Under the pieces are notes generated by a model. It was not told the DNA's origin and searched no databases. It saw only the letters and a list, made by a program, of their open reading frames with translations. Positions 44,680 to 55,924 of a stretch of 64,000 bases of DNA are shown piece after piece. Both the position numbers and the translations under genes were made by a program. Positions within the stretch are counted from its first letter, which is position 1; each line of letters starts with the position of its first letter. Source of the stretch: a virus; IMG/VR virus record IMGVR_UViG_3300024344_000002, positions 1 through 64,000 of that record; one strand, given 5' to 3'.

Positions 44680-47277
44680 ATGGCTACTTATATAGGTTCA
44701 TCATTAATAAACGCAAGAGCAAGAATGCTCAGCAATGTACATGCTAGCGGAAATCTTCCTGTTTCCGTTGGTACTGTAGGTACATTGCATAGACCCGGTG
44801 AAACTAATGACATTGGACTTGTAATGTTTGGGGAGGTTGAAAGAGCGCCTCAAAGGTTTGTTGCACCAAGTGGTACAAATAGAGAGTATGCATATTGGAG
44901 AGGAAACCAAAACAAACAAACAGTTCAAAAATTTGATCAAGCTTATATGGCTTTAGAAGGTAGTGGAATATATGGTTCTGCACCTCAAGTGATAGTAGAA
45001 ACAGGTGACTCTTCAGGCAGTGGAACCTGTTCTGAAGGCAGTGGTCAGGGTGGCTGTACTTGGTTTTGGGATTTATATAGTGGTGGTTGGATATCTTATG
45101 GAAGCGTATGTCCCGATGGTTGTGGTTGTGGTAATCCACCATCTTACAATGGGTCAATGTATGGAGAAATAACTAACACTGATTGTACTGGCTCAACAGC
45201 AACCCAAACCGGACAAGGTGTAGGAGATGATGTCGGTTACGCTAGATGGTTCAAAGCCGGAGAAACAAAAGACTACCTTGGGGATGAAGCTATTACTCAA
45301 AGATCTCTTTATCTTAGTGAGAGATCGTTCATCAATGTTGGCAGTGGTGTTGATATTGGGCAGACTTCAGGATACACAGCATTTGCTAAGTTTGTGCCTA
45401 GTGGAGACATGTCTAACACCGTCTTAGTATCTCAACATAAAGAAAATCCAGCCTTATTTGTTTTGGGTTGTGACTTTGATGGCAAATTTTACATCAGATC
45501 TGACAGTTCATCAACCGAGTTAGGCCGAGACAATATAGCCCAATTTGCTAAGTCAAGAGAAACATACGAACAATACAAGTATCCAGTACACTTGATGGGT
45601 GTATACGCTTCTGGAGATTCAAGATTAAAGCTCTATGTTAATGGAAAGCTAGAAGGCGAATCAGAAACATTCACTAGAATCACAAATAAATCAGCTAACA
45701 CTAATATGATTTTGGGCAAACGAGAGTTTGCTATGACTCAAAAAGGTTTTACTGGGTGGATAGATGAGATTGGAATATCTTCAAGATCTCTTGGTTCTAC
45801 TGAAGTGCAGTCTTTTTATGATAGCACATTCTCAATATCAGATTTAATATTCAACGCTGATGTTACTCCAACAGGAGGTGCGTTAGAAGGTACTGCATTT
45901 GGTGACTCTGGTATAGACGCTTTCAATGAAACTTATGCAGAGTTACATATTGAATCTGGAAATCCTTATAACGCAAAAGGAGGAGCTTACGATTTAAAAT
46001 CTTGGGGTGGTACTAACAATGCGGTATCATCAGTTCTTACATTTGATTTAACTCAAATAGACCCTAGATTTCATCAGTTAGAATCTCTTTCTGTTGACAT
46101 GTGGGTGGAACACAACACCACGCATCCAAGCGGAGCTGATGTGTCTGTTGTGGTAGAAAATCAGAAAACGCCGAATGTTAACTTAGCTTGGGCAGCATCT
46201 GGGATAAATATCCCGTCTGGTCAAAAAAGGCTATTATCTTTTAATAAACCTTTAAGTCAGAACTTGTATACTAAGACTGGTAAAGAGTCTTATAACTTGT
46301 CATTGGATAGACACAAGCTAAAAATTATCGTTTCGTATCCTGCCTTAGATAGTTTGTACAATGCTGAGTTTAGAATTTTCTCCAGTAAATTAATGTATGA
46401 CGGCTTTGACATACTTTCTAAGTATAATAGTAAGGATGGATTGTCTATAGGTCCTACAATCTATGGGCATGGAGTTTTGGATGAAGATGGCTATTATGCA
46501 TCATATGACACTGGCGATAAAAGCTTAACATTTTTCACTGAAGGTGGAACTCCCACTGCCGCAAGTGGAAACTTAGCTTTATTTGTTGACGCTGATACTG
46601 CTGCACAAAGCTTAAACTTAGTATTGAATCATGATCCTCAAACAAGCCTTGGTAACACTGCTACCGGTTCTTTAGCAGCTAATGCTGGTGTTACAATGAA
46701 CACCACTCTTGGTTTGTTTACTAAGTTTGGACCAGCTTCTGGAAACCTTAATTTATTCTTGAAGCAAAAAGAATTTAGAAAAGCAGTTCCCGGTACATTG
46801 AATTTTGACATTACCGGCTCTGAATTTGTATATCCATACAATCAGAAAAATATGCCTTTGTTCCTTCTTTCTTCTGCTGGAACTGGGATACATGCAGCTG
46901 AAATGTTTTTGACTATGCCAAAAACTATAGCTCCTCCTATATTCGATAAACGCTTACTGTTTATTGAAGGTAGGCAACCAGTAGCTGATATACCTTTATG
47001 GATACAAACAGCTTCTGGAATTAATAGATTTTCCACTTTGTATGTGTTAGCTCCTAATGCTGCATCTACAAATACAAATATGAATCTATTTTTGAAAGAT
47101 AAAAATATATTTTCTACGTCATCATTGAAGGCTAATGCCGGTATTGTAATGAGTGGCGTTCCTCCATTGTTTGTCAGTGGTCTAGGACTTGGAAGCGGTT
47201 TATTAAATTTGAGTATACCAAACACTATTGGTTCTGGTACTTCCAACACAACACTAACTACAAAAGGTATATTTTAA
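44680..47277 (+). CDS. tail protein with LamG/concanavalin A-like domain and Cys-rich insert
   Basis: HLMGVY....LKLYVNGKLEG...ILGK....FTGWIDEIGI..R.L...EVQ; C-terminal LxLF repeats. Confidence 0.7.
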   Translation: MATYIGSSLINARARMLSNVHASGNLPVSVGTVGTLHRPGETNDIGLVMFGEVERAPQRFVAPSGTNREYAYWRGNQNKQTVQKFDQAYMALEGSGIYGSAPQVIVETGDSSGSGTCSEGSGQGGCTWFWDLYSGGWISYGSVCPDGCGCGNPPSYNGSMYGEITNTDCTGSTATQTGQGVGDDVGYARWFKAGETKDYLGDEAITQRSLYLSERSFINVGSGVDIGQTSGYTAFAKFVPSGDMSNTVLVSQHKENPALFVLGCDFDGKFYIRSDSSSTELGRDNIAQFAKSRETYEQYKYPVHLMGVYASGDSRLKLYVNGKLEGESETFTRITNKSANTNMILGKREFAMTQKGFTGWIDEIGISSRSLGSTEVQSFYDSTFSISDLIFNADVTPTGGALEGTAFGDSGIDAFNETYAELHIESGNPYNAKGGAYDLKSWGGTNNAVSSVLTFDLTQIDPRFHQLESLSVDMWVEHNTTHPSGADVSVVVENQKTPNVNLAWAASGINIPSGQKRLLSFNKPLSQNLYTKTGKESYNLSLDRHKLKIIVSYPALDSLYNAEFRIFSSKLMYDGFDILSKYNSKDGLSIGPTIYGHGVLDEDGYYASYDTGDKSLTFFTEGGTPTAASGNLALFVDADTAAQSLNLVLNHDPQTSLGNTATGSLAANAGVTMNTTLGLFTKFGPASGNLNLFLKQKEFRKAVPGTLNFDITGSEFVYPYNQKNMPLFLLSSAGTGIHAAEMFLTMPKTIAPPIFDKRLLFIEGRQPVADIPLWIQTASGINRFSTLYVLAPNAASTNTNMNLFLKDKNIFSTSSLKANAGIVMSGVPPLFVSGLGLGSGLLNLSIPNTIGSGTSNTTLTTKGIF

Positions 47278-49847
47278 TGCCAGTTACTATAACAGATACT
47301 AGAACAGACCGAAAAAACTATTTAATTCCTGCACCTTTTGTCAATATAACAAAAAACTTTGACAAACAGGGTGATGGTGAAATTATAGGTGCTACGTACA
47401 GCATAACACTAACAGGTACTTTATTAGCTGATAGAGGGTCTCCTTTAAATCACCTAGGAATTGACACTCTAGGTATTAAAGCGGACGTATTGGCCGGTAA
47501 AAGAACTGGGTTTATTGACGACCAAATTATGACCACCCTTGTTAGCCGTGCAGCGCCTTGTAACTACAAAGACTATATACACGGTCATTGCGGTGCTGCA
47601 AATTTGGGAGAAGAATATTACAGAGCATTGCAAGTAAAGCAAAAAGCTTTATTGAATATGTTCAGTAAACTTAATGAAGGTGCTTTGTTAGAAGTAAGTC
47701 CTCCAGAAGAATCTATGGATCCTGACGTTGACGGGTTTAGAGCTTTTGTAAAATTTGAGTCTATAGACATACCAGCACACAATCCCGGAGACCCTGTTAA
47801 ATCTCAATATACTATTAATCTTAAAGCTGATTATCTTGTAGGCCCAAATGGGCAGATAGACCAAGAAGACTGGGAAAATTTAGGTAGATGGCTAGTATCT
47901 TCAGCAAGCGAAACTTGGGATATAGCAGAGATTGATGGAAAACATGTTGTAGAAAGAGCAGATGGTACTAGTGGTTATGAAAGAAATGCTTTTAACAGAA
48001 ATGATAATGCATATGAAGACATGTCAAGAGACATGCATAATGGAGAAGCTGTAGGTCATCATAAAGTGTATACTTTGACACATACTATTTCTTCAACTGG
48101 TAAATCTAAATTTGATAGAACAGCGAATAATGCAGCTGGAATACCCGGACATAAAATAATGGACGATGGTAACTATATTGAGAGTGGATCTATAGAAAAT
48201 CAAAATGGAGAAAATGTAACAACTGGAACATCTAGCACAAAAAGTATAAAAGATGGATTCAGTTCTATGTATGCACCAAATGGAAGAGCTTGGCAGCAGG
48301 CAAGAGGTTTTGTATACGATGTAATCAAATACGGAGAAAGGTTTTTAGCTGGTGATAATGGAGCTTTTGTTGACAATGCTGCTAGCACTACTTTAAAAGA
48401 AAATAGCACAAAAACTACTGAAGTTGATTATGACAATTATGACACATTTGGAATGAATCTACCTAAAAAGTCAGATGGAAGTCATATATACAAAGCATAC
48501 AATTATAAAAGAACACAAAATGTAGACAAAAGAGGAGGATCTTTTAGTGTAACAGAAACTTGGACTCTTGCTCCAGAAGATTTTTTGGCGCTAGAAAGTT
48601 TTGATGTTAGCATTTCCGAGTCTGACCAAGCAGGCGGAATCATTGAAGTGAGCATCAATGGAACAATAGAAGGTCTTTTAAACAACGCTGTAGATAACAG
48701 TGCGGCTGACAATAACACGACCGACGATAAAGAAAAGTCAATGCTCACAGATACAACGCAAGACTCAAGAGAGACTAACGTTGATATAACTGGTAAGGGT
48801 ACAGAAAAGGCCGTAGAACTTCCAGAGCCGCATCACGGGGTTATGGTTTATTCTAAGCATGAAAACGCAAAGCTGCATTACAACACTAAAGTGCAGCCTA
48901 ATCTCTATAACACTGCCCAGAAGATGATTGATGATTTGTTTGGTTATGAACAAATTGGATATGCAGGCGTAGAGGATGGAGATGCATGGACCGACAAAGG
49001 TCTTATTGTTAATCCTCTTCCAGTAAATAAGAGTATAACTCAGCAGCCCGGAACTGGAACAATAACGTATAATTTTACTTTCAGTACTAAACCAATTGGA
49101 AACATACCGTTTTGTAGTAATGAAACTATATCAGTTTCTACTAACTATCCGGGAATGGTAGTTGCTCAACATCAAGTAATAGGTAGACCATTAGGTCCGG
49201 TTCTACAAAGTCTTGGAACTCAAACGGCAGCAACAAGAAGTTTAAGCTTAAGTTGTAATGTTGATGTTAGAAGAAAATATTTGTGTATTGATAGTTTGTA
49301 CTATACTGTACATCCATATTCAAACTCAGATGCGTGTACTGCTGCTAAAGGACCAGAAGGTCAATCTTTAATATGGATAAAGAATCCTAACTATGTAAAC
49401 ACTAGAGCTTCTATTCATGGCACAGCTACTGCTGGAGCCAATTATGACGCATTGAGACCAAGAGCAACTGAAGCTATGTCTAGTGCTAGACCAAGCACTC
49501 AAAGAAATAGCTATTGGGGTACTACTGCTGTTGAACCAAATGCAACTTATAAATTATCTCAACACAATGGAATAGCTCGAATAGTAAGTTCTTTTGATCC
49601 TTTTGCTTATAGAACTTTGTACGATTCAGCAAACAAAAATTATACTGCTCATTATAGAGAGCATGGTGTTAGAAAATCGTACCATGATGCGCCTAGTGAA
49701 AGTTGGGATCCTACAACTGGAGCATGGAGTTATAGTATTACTTGGACATACGAAATGGATGATCCATACACCCAACCTTCAACAACTTACTTGAACGGGG
49801 CAAATGCAGATGCATCGGCTTCGCCTTGGCCGGGAGATGAGATGTAA
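47277..49847 (+). CDS. large tail-tip/baseplate-hub-like protein
   Basis: 856 aa beta-rich, YSITLTGTL, GSFSVTETW, GTITYNFTF; coupled to neighbours after the TMP. Confidence 0.55.
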   Translation: MPVTITDTRTDRKNYLIPAPFVNITKNFDKQGDGEIIGATYSITLTGTLLADRGSPLNHLGIDTLGIKADVLAGKRTGFIDDQIMTTLVSRAAPCNYKDYIHGHCGAANLGEEYYRALQVKQKALLNMFSKLNEGALLEVSPPEESMDPDVDGFRAFVKFESIDIPAHNPGDPVKSQYTINLKADYLVGPNGQIDQEDWENLGRWLVSSASETWDIAEIDGKHVVERADGTSGYERNAFNRNDNAYEDMSRDMHNGEAVGHHKVYTLTHTISSTGKSKFDRTANNAAGIPGHKIMDDGNYIESGSIENQNGENVTTGTSSTKSIKDGFSSMYAPNGRAWQQARGFVYDVIKYGERFLAGDNGAFVDNAASTTLKENSTKTTEVDYDNYDTFGMNLPKKSDGSHIYKAYNYKRTQNVDKRGGSFSVTETWTLAPEDFLALESFDVSISESDQAGGIIEVSINGTIEGLLNNAVDNSAADNNTTDDKEKSMLTDTTQDSRETNVDITGKGTEKAVELPEPHHGVMVYSKHENAKLHYNTKVQPNLYNTAQKMIDDLFGYEQIGYAGVEDGDAWTDKGLIVNPLPVNKSITQQPGTGTITYNFTFSTKPIGNIPFCSNETISVSTNYPGMVVAQHQVIGRPLGPVLQSLGTQTAATRSLSLSCNVDVRRKYLCIDSLYYTVHPYSNSDACTAAKGPEGQSLIWIKNPNYVNTRASIHGTATAGANYDALRPRATEAMSSARPSTQRNSYWGTTAVEPNATYKLSQHNGIARIVSSFDPFAYRTLYDSANKNYTAHYREHGVRKSYHDAPSESWDPTTGAWSYSITWTYEMDDPYTQPSTTYLNGANADASASPWPGDEM

Positions 49848-52800
49848 TGTCAACTGTCTATACTTATCCATTACGAGAAAGAAATATAAACGAATCCATC
49901 CTCCCTTACTATTCAGGAGATACGGGAGATGATGGTTTTGTTATTTTTCAACAGACTTTTCTTGGGGCTTCTATAAGTCAATTTGCATTAAATTTAGGTT
50001 TTAATGGAAATTCTTCCACCCTCAATGTTAGTCTCGTAGAGGACGAATGGAATTTAGACAGTAAGATGACTGCTAATACTGTAAGAGATGCAATTACAGA
50101 AGGTTATCATCATTGGGATCCTACTGCTTTTCCTGTAGGTCTTGTTAGAGACAATGGTAGGCAATTAGGCTTGGACCCTTTTGTTGCTGGTGATAGATCA
50201 AGCGTTGGTACTCATGTTTATAGAAATGGAAACAATCTAAATTTACCAGCCGGAGACTTATTCTGGGCGACAACACCCGGAGAGCCAGTTTATTTCAGGT
50301 ATTATGATGGTGCTAGACTTTCCTCCGCTTGTGTATCAAATAGAACTTGTGCAAATTCTAATACTGGCGATGCTTCTACAAGTCCTCTAACGTTTGAGTT
50401 TAATGGAATATTAAAAAGCTATAAAAGAGATTGGAGTGGAAATGGTCAAACTTATAGCGTAGTTGTAGAAGACCCAAGAGTAATACTAGAGAATACTACT
50501 GTAATATTAGATTCTTTTCAGGGTCATACAGCACCAGCTGATGCTTGGTATATGGATCAACATTATCATCCAAACGAAAAAGCGATAACTCCTAAAGAAA
50601 CGCTTGAAGCTCTTGGACAAGATGCAAAGTTTCAAAGAAAATTTGAAGAGGGTTATAACGGTTATTATAACGTAGTAAATGTATTTGGATATTATGAGGA
50701 AGCTGGAGGTTTTGGTCAGTCTGACACGAATGAGCATGGGATACCTTGGTTCGCTGCAACGGCTGATTATATTAATGCTTGGGGTTATAAACATAATAAA
50801 GGCATATTGCCAGCATTAGATATGATTCTTTCTGGAACTATGAAAGAGTATATAAAAGATGAAGAGCCTTATGGTGGCCCTCTTTACTATGGTTTAAATT
50901 CTAGACCTACTACTTTTGGCTCAAGTACTTCTTACGAAAATTCTCCAACTGGATTTCCCAATAACGCAGGAGTCCATAAGTACGCCATAGACCTTAGCCC
51001 GTTGTACAACTTAAACAACATTTACAACCCAACACCAAAAGACGTTGACTATGGTGATAGTATTGGGATGGGTACTGTTGGTGATGATTTTAGAATAAAA
51101 GGTACAAAAAATTTATTGCAATTGATACAAGAAATTTGTACAGCCGCTGGCGCTGACTTTTTTGTAGACTTGTACGTTCCTAGAAATGGAACTGGTAATC
51201 CAGCAGAACAAAAATTGTTTGATATGCACAAACATAAAGCTGGAATCATAAGAGTTATACCAATACCAAAAAATGCAGACATACAACCGGGTATTATAAA
51301 AACAGTATTAGATCAGTCTCTCTTTCTAAAGATAGGTCCTTGGGCTGATAAAATAATTAGTGCTGATGTTGGTTATGAACATACAGATCCTACAACTGGA
51401 ATGTTTACCATAGGCGCTCCATTGACCAGAGTTATTGGAGTTTCAATGACCGGAGGTCAAAGATCTAAACCTTCTGACAATTGGAGAGGGAAGGGTAAGA
51501 TACTAGGTAGTAGACGTAGAGAAGACTTCTTCTTCAATAAAGATACTGAAAAGTATTTCGATGGTGATGTTGATCCAGAACGCGATGATGTTCTTATAGA
51601 TTCAGGTCCTTTTTTAGAATTAGATGGCGCTGCACTTCAAGGCTATGCAACCACTCTTTATGACGGTCATATGTGGGGCGTATGGCGACATCCTAGCAAG
51701 AGAGACGCAGATGGCGATTTTTCACATTTCAAGGACTACAATGCTGATTGGGGTGGGAAAAAAGGAACTATTCCAAACTTCTTTGACGCAGTTGATGGCA
51801 GACCTATTCTAAAAGATGAAATAGCTGATTTAGTAGACAATGATTATTTTGATGCTAGGCCAGTTCCTATTGGTCGTTTGAAAATGGGAGCGGATAACAA
51901 CAACAACGGCGTTATAGTAAATAAAGTTGATCCATTTATGTTCAACATACCTAACAATAAAGATGTTGACAAATGGTTCACAGAAAATAGCGGCGACTAT
52001 GAAGGAGTACCAGACAAAAACCCAAGCCTATACGATAACGAGGGCAATGAACTTGAATGGCCTCAACATCCTATGGATGGTTATATAGATTTGTTTCCAG
52101 CTTGGGGATTTACTTCAAAAAGATTTGTACAAAAGTCTGAATTTGGACAACAAATTGATATACAAACAAAAGGGGAACCTATCATGGGTATGTTCCATGA
52201 TGATGACCCTTATAGAGACTTTCATCCTTACGATGGTCTTTTTGGAGGTATAGCGTTTTTCAATCCCGGTTTAGGTAAATGCGTAAGTAAACCAAAATGT
52301 ACTTATAGCGATGGGTCTTATGCTACTAAAGAAGGCATAGAAAATGGCGAGCTTTGCAATACTAAAGAATCGTGTGAAGCTGGATACAATAATACAAGAA
52401 GTTATTGTGATAAAGGTCAATACAATAATCAAGGTGATTGTGTAAACAATGGTGGTACATGGTACAGCAACGTAAAAGATCCGGGTTGCAATGGGCCTAA
52501 TGAAAAAGCATCTACTTGGGATGGTGGTATGCAACCAAAAACAGCTTGCGATAACATGCCTGAAATTTGTCAGTGTGATCCAGAGCAGGAGTTTAAAGAC
52601 AATGGAGGTGAAGATCCAGAAAATGAATGTACTACAGCTAGAAATGGTCACCCAATAGGATGTGCTGGAATATTTAAATATGATTGTATTCCTTGGGCTA
52701 ATTGTGTTACTTCGGCTGGAGACTCTATTACTGGAAGCATACCCGGTGCGCCTCCGTTAGGAGCTGGTTTATATTTGCCCGGTTCAGATTGGGGTCGTGA

Positions 52801-55800
52801 CGAGTGGTCTTGTACGCAAGCTTGTTTTCAAGTTGAAAATCTAGAAGCTTTGACTCCAGCAGATAGGCAACAAAGAACAAATATAGACGTTAAAGGGGCG
52901 ACTGTTGGAGATTTATTAGAGACGGCTCCTGTGCTTGCTGTAGATGAGAACGATGAACCAGCAGATTTAGGTGCTGAGGGTAGAAAGTTAATTAATAAGC
53001 CAAGCCTATGCTCCGCTTTGGAAGAAAAAGATTACACTGGTTACATAGACGGTGGTAGTTCAGGAGAAAGAGTTCCTGCTTGGGTAGGCGCTGTGATGTA
53101 TATAGATTCTACCACAGGACATCCAAGCCCTAGTCAGTCAACAGCTAGATTAAATGGAACACAAGGAAATAGTTTTGAAGGGAATGACAATGGTCCATAC
53201 GCTGAAGATTGTACTTGGAGAAACTTCCGACAGCCTAACGGAGGTTGGTGTAAAGACAATGATACCAACGATCACGCTTTAGGTCATACTGGATCTCATA
53301 GGTATACAAGAGAAGATGTAGATCAAACTTTTAATACTAGAGCAGAATGTGAACAAACATTAGTAGATGAAACTATAGTAAATGATGATGGTAGTTCAGT
53401 TACTAAAGGTGTAAAAAGAGAAAGAAGCGAGAATCCGCAATTATATGGTAACTTTGAATGGATAACAAAAGTTTGGGATCCGTTATGCACAAGAGCAGAA
53501 CCAAATACTCCCGATGCAGTAGATCCAAAGAAAAATAACCCCGGTCCGGGATATATCAATCCAGTTGTAGCACTAGAAGGTTCATGTACAGATCCACAAT
53601 GGACTAACAGACAAGACTGTGTTGGACTGGGAGAGACATGGGATCAAAAGAAAACAGCAGGCTCAAGAGACTTAAAAGGATTCCCTAAAATACCAAACAC
53701 TGCTACTATTCCTGTAGATTTGAGTAGTACTCAGTTTGTTGGTTTTAAAGGAGGTCCATCTAGTATAAATATAGACAACGCTAGTGGTTACTATATGGCG
53801 ACGGTCACAGAATTGAGACATGCTTCTATAGGTTTTGACAACTACTTCAACTATTTGAGAGTTTTCCAGCCTTTCTTGCCATGTTATTATTGCCAAGCTC
53901 AAGGTGGAAAATGGTGCAACTACTGCCCTACAGAAGCCAACATTGCAATGAACGGAATTACTCCTGAGCAAGCAGCAGGGTGGCAAAACCTAGCAGCTAT
54001 GGGTAATGACAAGCCAATGAACCCAATTGAAGATGGTCTTTCAAGGGGTACAGACGAAAGAGAAGGTCAAACAGAAGCAGGCTTAGTTTGCGGAAGAAAG
54101 AAAATAAAATGGAACGAATACGAAGCATCTGGCGTGACAATGCAAGATGCATTCAAGAAAGTTCAAGACTTAGCAAATAATTTCTACGGCAGAAAGTATT
54201 TAATGCCACTTCCTTTTAATCCACCTACAGTAGTTGGATGTGCCAATCCTTGGATTGAAACACAGGCAGAATGTGAAGAAACAAAAAGCACTTGCTTAGA
54301 TGATATGGGAAACATAATTCATCAACTAGACGATGACGGTGATTATATAGTGCCATTCGTACCCGTGACAGATGAGACTGAATGTGGACAACGGAATGGT
54401 GTATTCTCAGAAGTTGGTGGTTTTGATTGGGGCGCTCATGGATTGTTGAGTGAGTGGTTTAGAAAATTCGGAGTAGGTACTTGCAAGAAGGGGGCTGGTA
54501 GTGAAGAAGTTGTTGCTTGGGTTCCAGATAGAGCAGAATGTGAAAAAATCAAAGGAATTTGGATAGACCCATTACAAACAGAACAAAAATGGGATATCGT
54601 TGGTGCTGGATGGCCGGGAGAAGGTTATGACCCAGATTGGGAAAAACAGACATGGATGAATACTACTTACCCACAAGATGTAAACTTCTGGGAGGGTGGC
54701 AACTTAGCATCTTTTGTAGCTTTTCCTCATAAAGAAACAAGAAGACTGCAAGGAGACAAGGTAGATTTAAATTTTGGCGACATTGATCCAGAGAGAATGT
54801 CTAACCCAGACGAAAGGATGTTTACCCGTGAGGAACTAGAAAAAAATAAACATCACAATAATATTCACAAAGGGTATACAGGTAAAGTTTTTGTTAGAGC
54901 TGATGTTGACCCTAAAACTTATTGGTTGAAAACTAGACCAATGTGGGAACTTTTACATGCTAAAACATATCCTATTAGAAGCCCCAAACACAGACAGCCA
55001 AGGCAAGCTCCTGAGTTTATTAAAGAAAGTAGGAAGTTACTTACTAGAGATACTCTTCATAAGTATATTCCTCAAGACGAGAAGTGGCGAGCAGACGAAT
55101 TAACTGAGTTCGCATTTTATAAACCTTATGCTTTGATTACCATCCCGAATGCTGTTAGATATGGTCATGTAGATTATGCAAAAGCTGTTGATGATATGGG
55201 TGAGGGTGAAATTTGTATACCATTAATACATCATAAAAATTCAAATTGTTTGCAAAGAGCTTGGGCTAGATCTAGTGGTGTTAGTCCAGAAATAGCTGCG
55301 TGGCAAAACTTGGCAGCGTTTGGTAATGACACTTTAACCCATCCAATGATAGCTCCTGATGGATCTAAGAGCCAGATTGCAGATGCTGCTTATAAACCTT
55401 TTTATGCTGGAGTTCCTCAACAAAGTACAAGATACACTTGGGGTCCTTGGGCTATAGGAACTGGATTTGGCAAAACAGAGTATAAGCAAGATACTTCTCT
55501 ACATCCTGCTACGTTTGGTAGTGAAAGAGAATTGAACCGTTTTGCACTTGCTCAGGCTAAAAGAGCTTTAATACAGCAACAAAACACACTTGAAACTGGA
55601 ACAGTTAGTTTAGCTGGTTTACCAACTTATTTTGCTGGCACTCAGATAATGCTTACGATTGCTGACGGAACAGACGCTAATGGCAATCCTGCCTTTAAGC
55701 AGGTACAAGGTCCATATGTAACAGATGTCAATGTGCAAATAGGATCTGGAGGTGTTACCACTACGTATAATCTTACTACTGCTAGAAAGTTTGGAGATCT

Positions 55801-55924
55801 TTCGCAAAGAAATGAAGAAAGAATTAAAAACATGGAAGCAAAAATGTTTGCAAATGAGAAGGCTTTTGAGGACTTTATTGTGAGAATTCGCAGAGACTTA
55901 TTATCAGAAACTGGGAAAAACTAA
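49847..55924 (+). CDS. very large tail-tip protein with Cys-rich modules (2025 aa)
   Basis: N-terminal QTFLGASI..F.LNLGF...STLNVSLVED, VVVEDPR; C-terminal GPYVTDVNVQIGSGGVTTTY typical of Tal/hub-like proteins; central C..xGGxW modules. Confidence 0.6.
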   Translation: MSTVYTYPLRERNINESILPYYSGDTGDDGFVIFQQTFLGASISQFALNLGFNGNSSTLNVSLVEDEWNLDSKMTANTVRDAITEGYHHWDPTAFPVGLVRDNGRQLGLDPFVAGDRSSVGTHVYRNGNNLNLPAGDLFWATTPGEPVYFRYYDGARLSSACVSNRTCANSNTGDASTSPLTFEFNGILKSYKRDWSGNGQTYSVVVEDPRVILENTTVILDSFQGHTAPADAWYMDQHYHPNEKAITPKETLEALGQDAKFQRKFEEGYNGYYNVVNVFGYYEEAGGFGQSDTNEHGIPWFAATADYINAWGYKHNKGILPALDMILSGTMKEYIKDEEPYGGPLYYGLNSRPTTFGSSTSYENSPTGFPNNAGVHKYAIDLSPLYNLNNIYNPTPKDVDYGDSIGMGTVGDDFRIKGTKNLLQLIQEICTAAGADFFVDLYVPRNGTGNPAEQKLFDMHKHKAGIIRVIPIPKNADIQPGIIKTVLDQSLFLKIGPWADKIISADVGYEHTDPTTGMFTIGAPLTRVIGVSMTGGQRSKPSDNWRGKGKILGSRRREDFFFNKDTEKYFDGDVDPERDDVLIDSGPFLELDGAALQGYATTLYDGHMWGVWRHPSKRDADGDFSHFKDYNADWGGKKGTIPNFFDAVDGRPILKDEIADLVDNDYFDARPVPIGRLKMGADNNNNGVIVNKVDPFMFNIPNNKDVDKWFTENSGDYEGVPDKNPSLYDNEGNELEWPQHPMDGYIDLFPAWGFTSKRFVQKSEFGQQIDIQTKGEPIMGMFHDDDPYRDFHPYDGLFGGIAFFNPGLGKCVSKPKCTYSDGSYATKEGIENGELCNTKESCEAGYNNTRSYCDKGQYNNQGDCVNNGGTWYSNVKDPGCNGPNEKASTWDGGMQPKTACDNMPEICQCDPEQEFKDNGGEDPENECTTARNGHPIGCAGIFKYDCIPWANCVTSAGDSITGSIPGAPPLGAGLYLPGSDWGRDEWSCTQACFQVENLEALTPADRQQRTNIDVKGATVGDLLETAPVLAVDENDEPADLGAEGRKLINKPSLCSALEEKDYTGYIDGGSSGERVPAWVGAVMYIDSTTGHPSPSQSTARLNGTQGNSFEGNDNGPYAEDCTWRNFRQPNGGWCKDNDTNDHALGHTGSHRYTREDVDQTFNTRAECEQTLVDETIVNDDGSSVTKGVKRERSENPQLYGNFEWITKVWDPLCTRAEPNTPDAVDPKKNNPGPGYINPVVALEGSCTDPQWTNRQDCVGLGETWDQKKTAGSRDLKGFPKIPNTATIPVDLSSTQFVGFKGGPSSINIDNASGYYMATVTELRHASIGFDNYFNYLRVFQPFLPCYYCQAQGGKWCNYCPTEANIAMNGITPEQAAGWQNLAAMGNDKPMNPIEDGLSRGTDEREGQTEAGLVCGRKKIKWNEYEASGVTMQDAFKKVQDLANNFYGRKYLMPLPFNPPTVVGCANPWIETQAECEETKSTCLDDMGNIIHQLDDDGDYIVPFVPVTDETECGQRNGVFSEVGGFDWGAHGLLSEWFRKFGVGTCKKGAGSEEVVAWVPDRAECEKIKGIWIDPLQTEQKWDIVGAGWPGEGYDPDWEKQTWMNTTYPQDVNFWEGGNLASFVAFPHKETRRLQGDKVDLNFGDIDPERMSNPDERMFTREELEKNKHHNNIHKGYTGKVFVRADVDPKTYWLKTRPMWELLHAKTYPIRSPKHRQPRQAPEFIKESRKLLTRDTLHKYIPQDEKWRADELTEFAFYKPYALITIPNAVRYGHVDYAKAVDDMGEGEICIPLIHHKNSNCLQRAWARSSGVSPEIAAWQNLAAFGNDTLTHPMIAPDGSKSQIADAAYKPFYAGVPQQSTRYTWGPWAIGTGFGKTEYKQDTSLHPATFGSERELNRFALAQAKRALIQQQNTLETGTVSLAGLPTYFAGTQIMLTIADGTDANGNPAFKQVQGPYVTDVNVQIGSGGVTTTYNLTTARKFGDLSQRNEERIKNMEAKMFANEKAFEDFIVRIRRDLLSETGKN

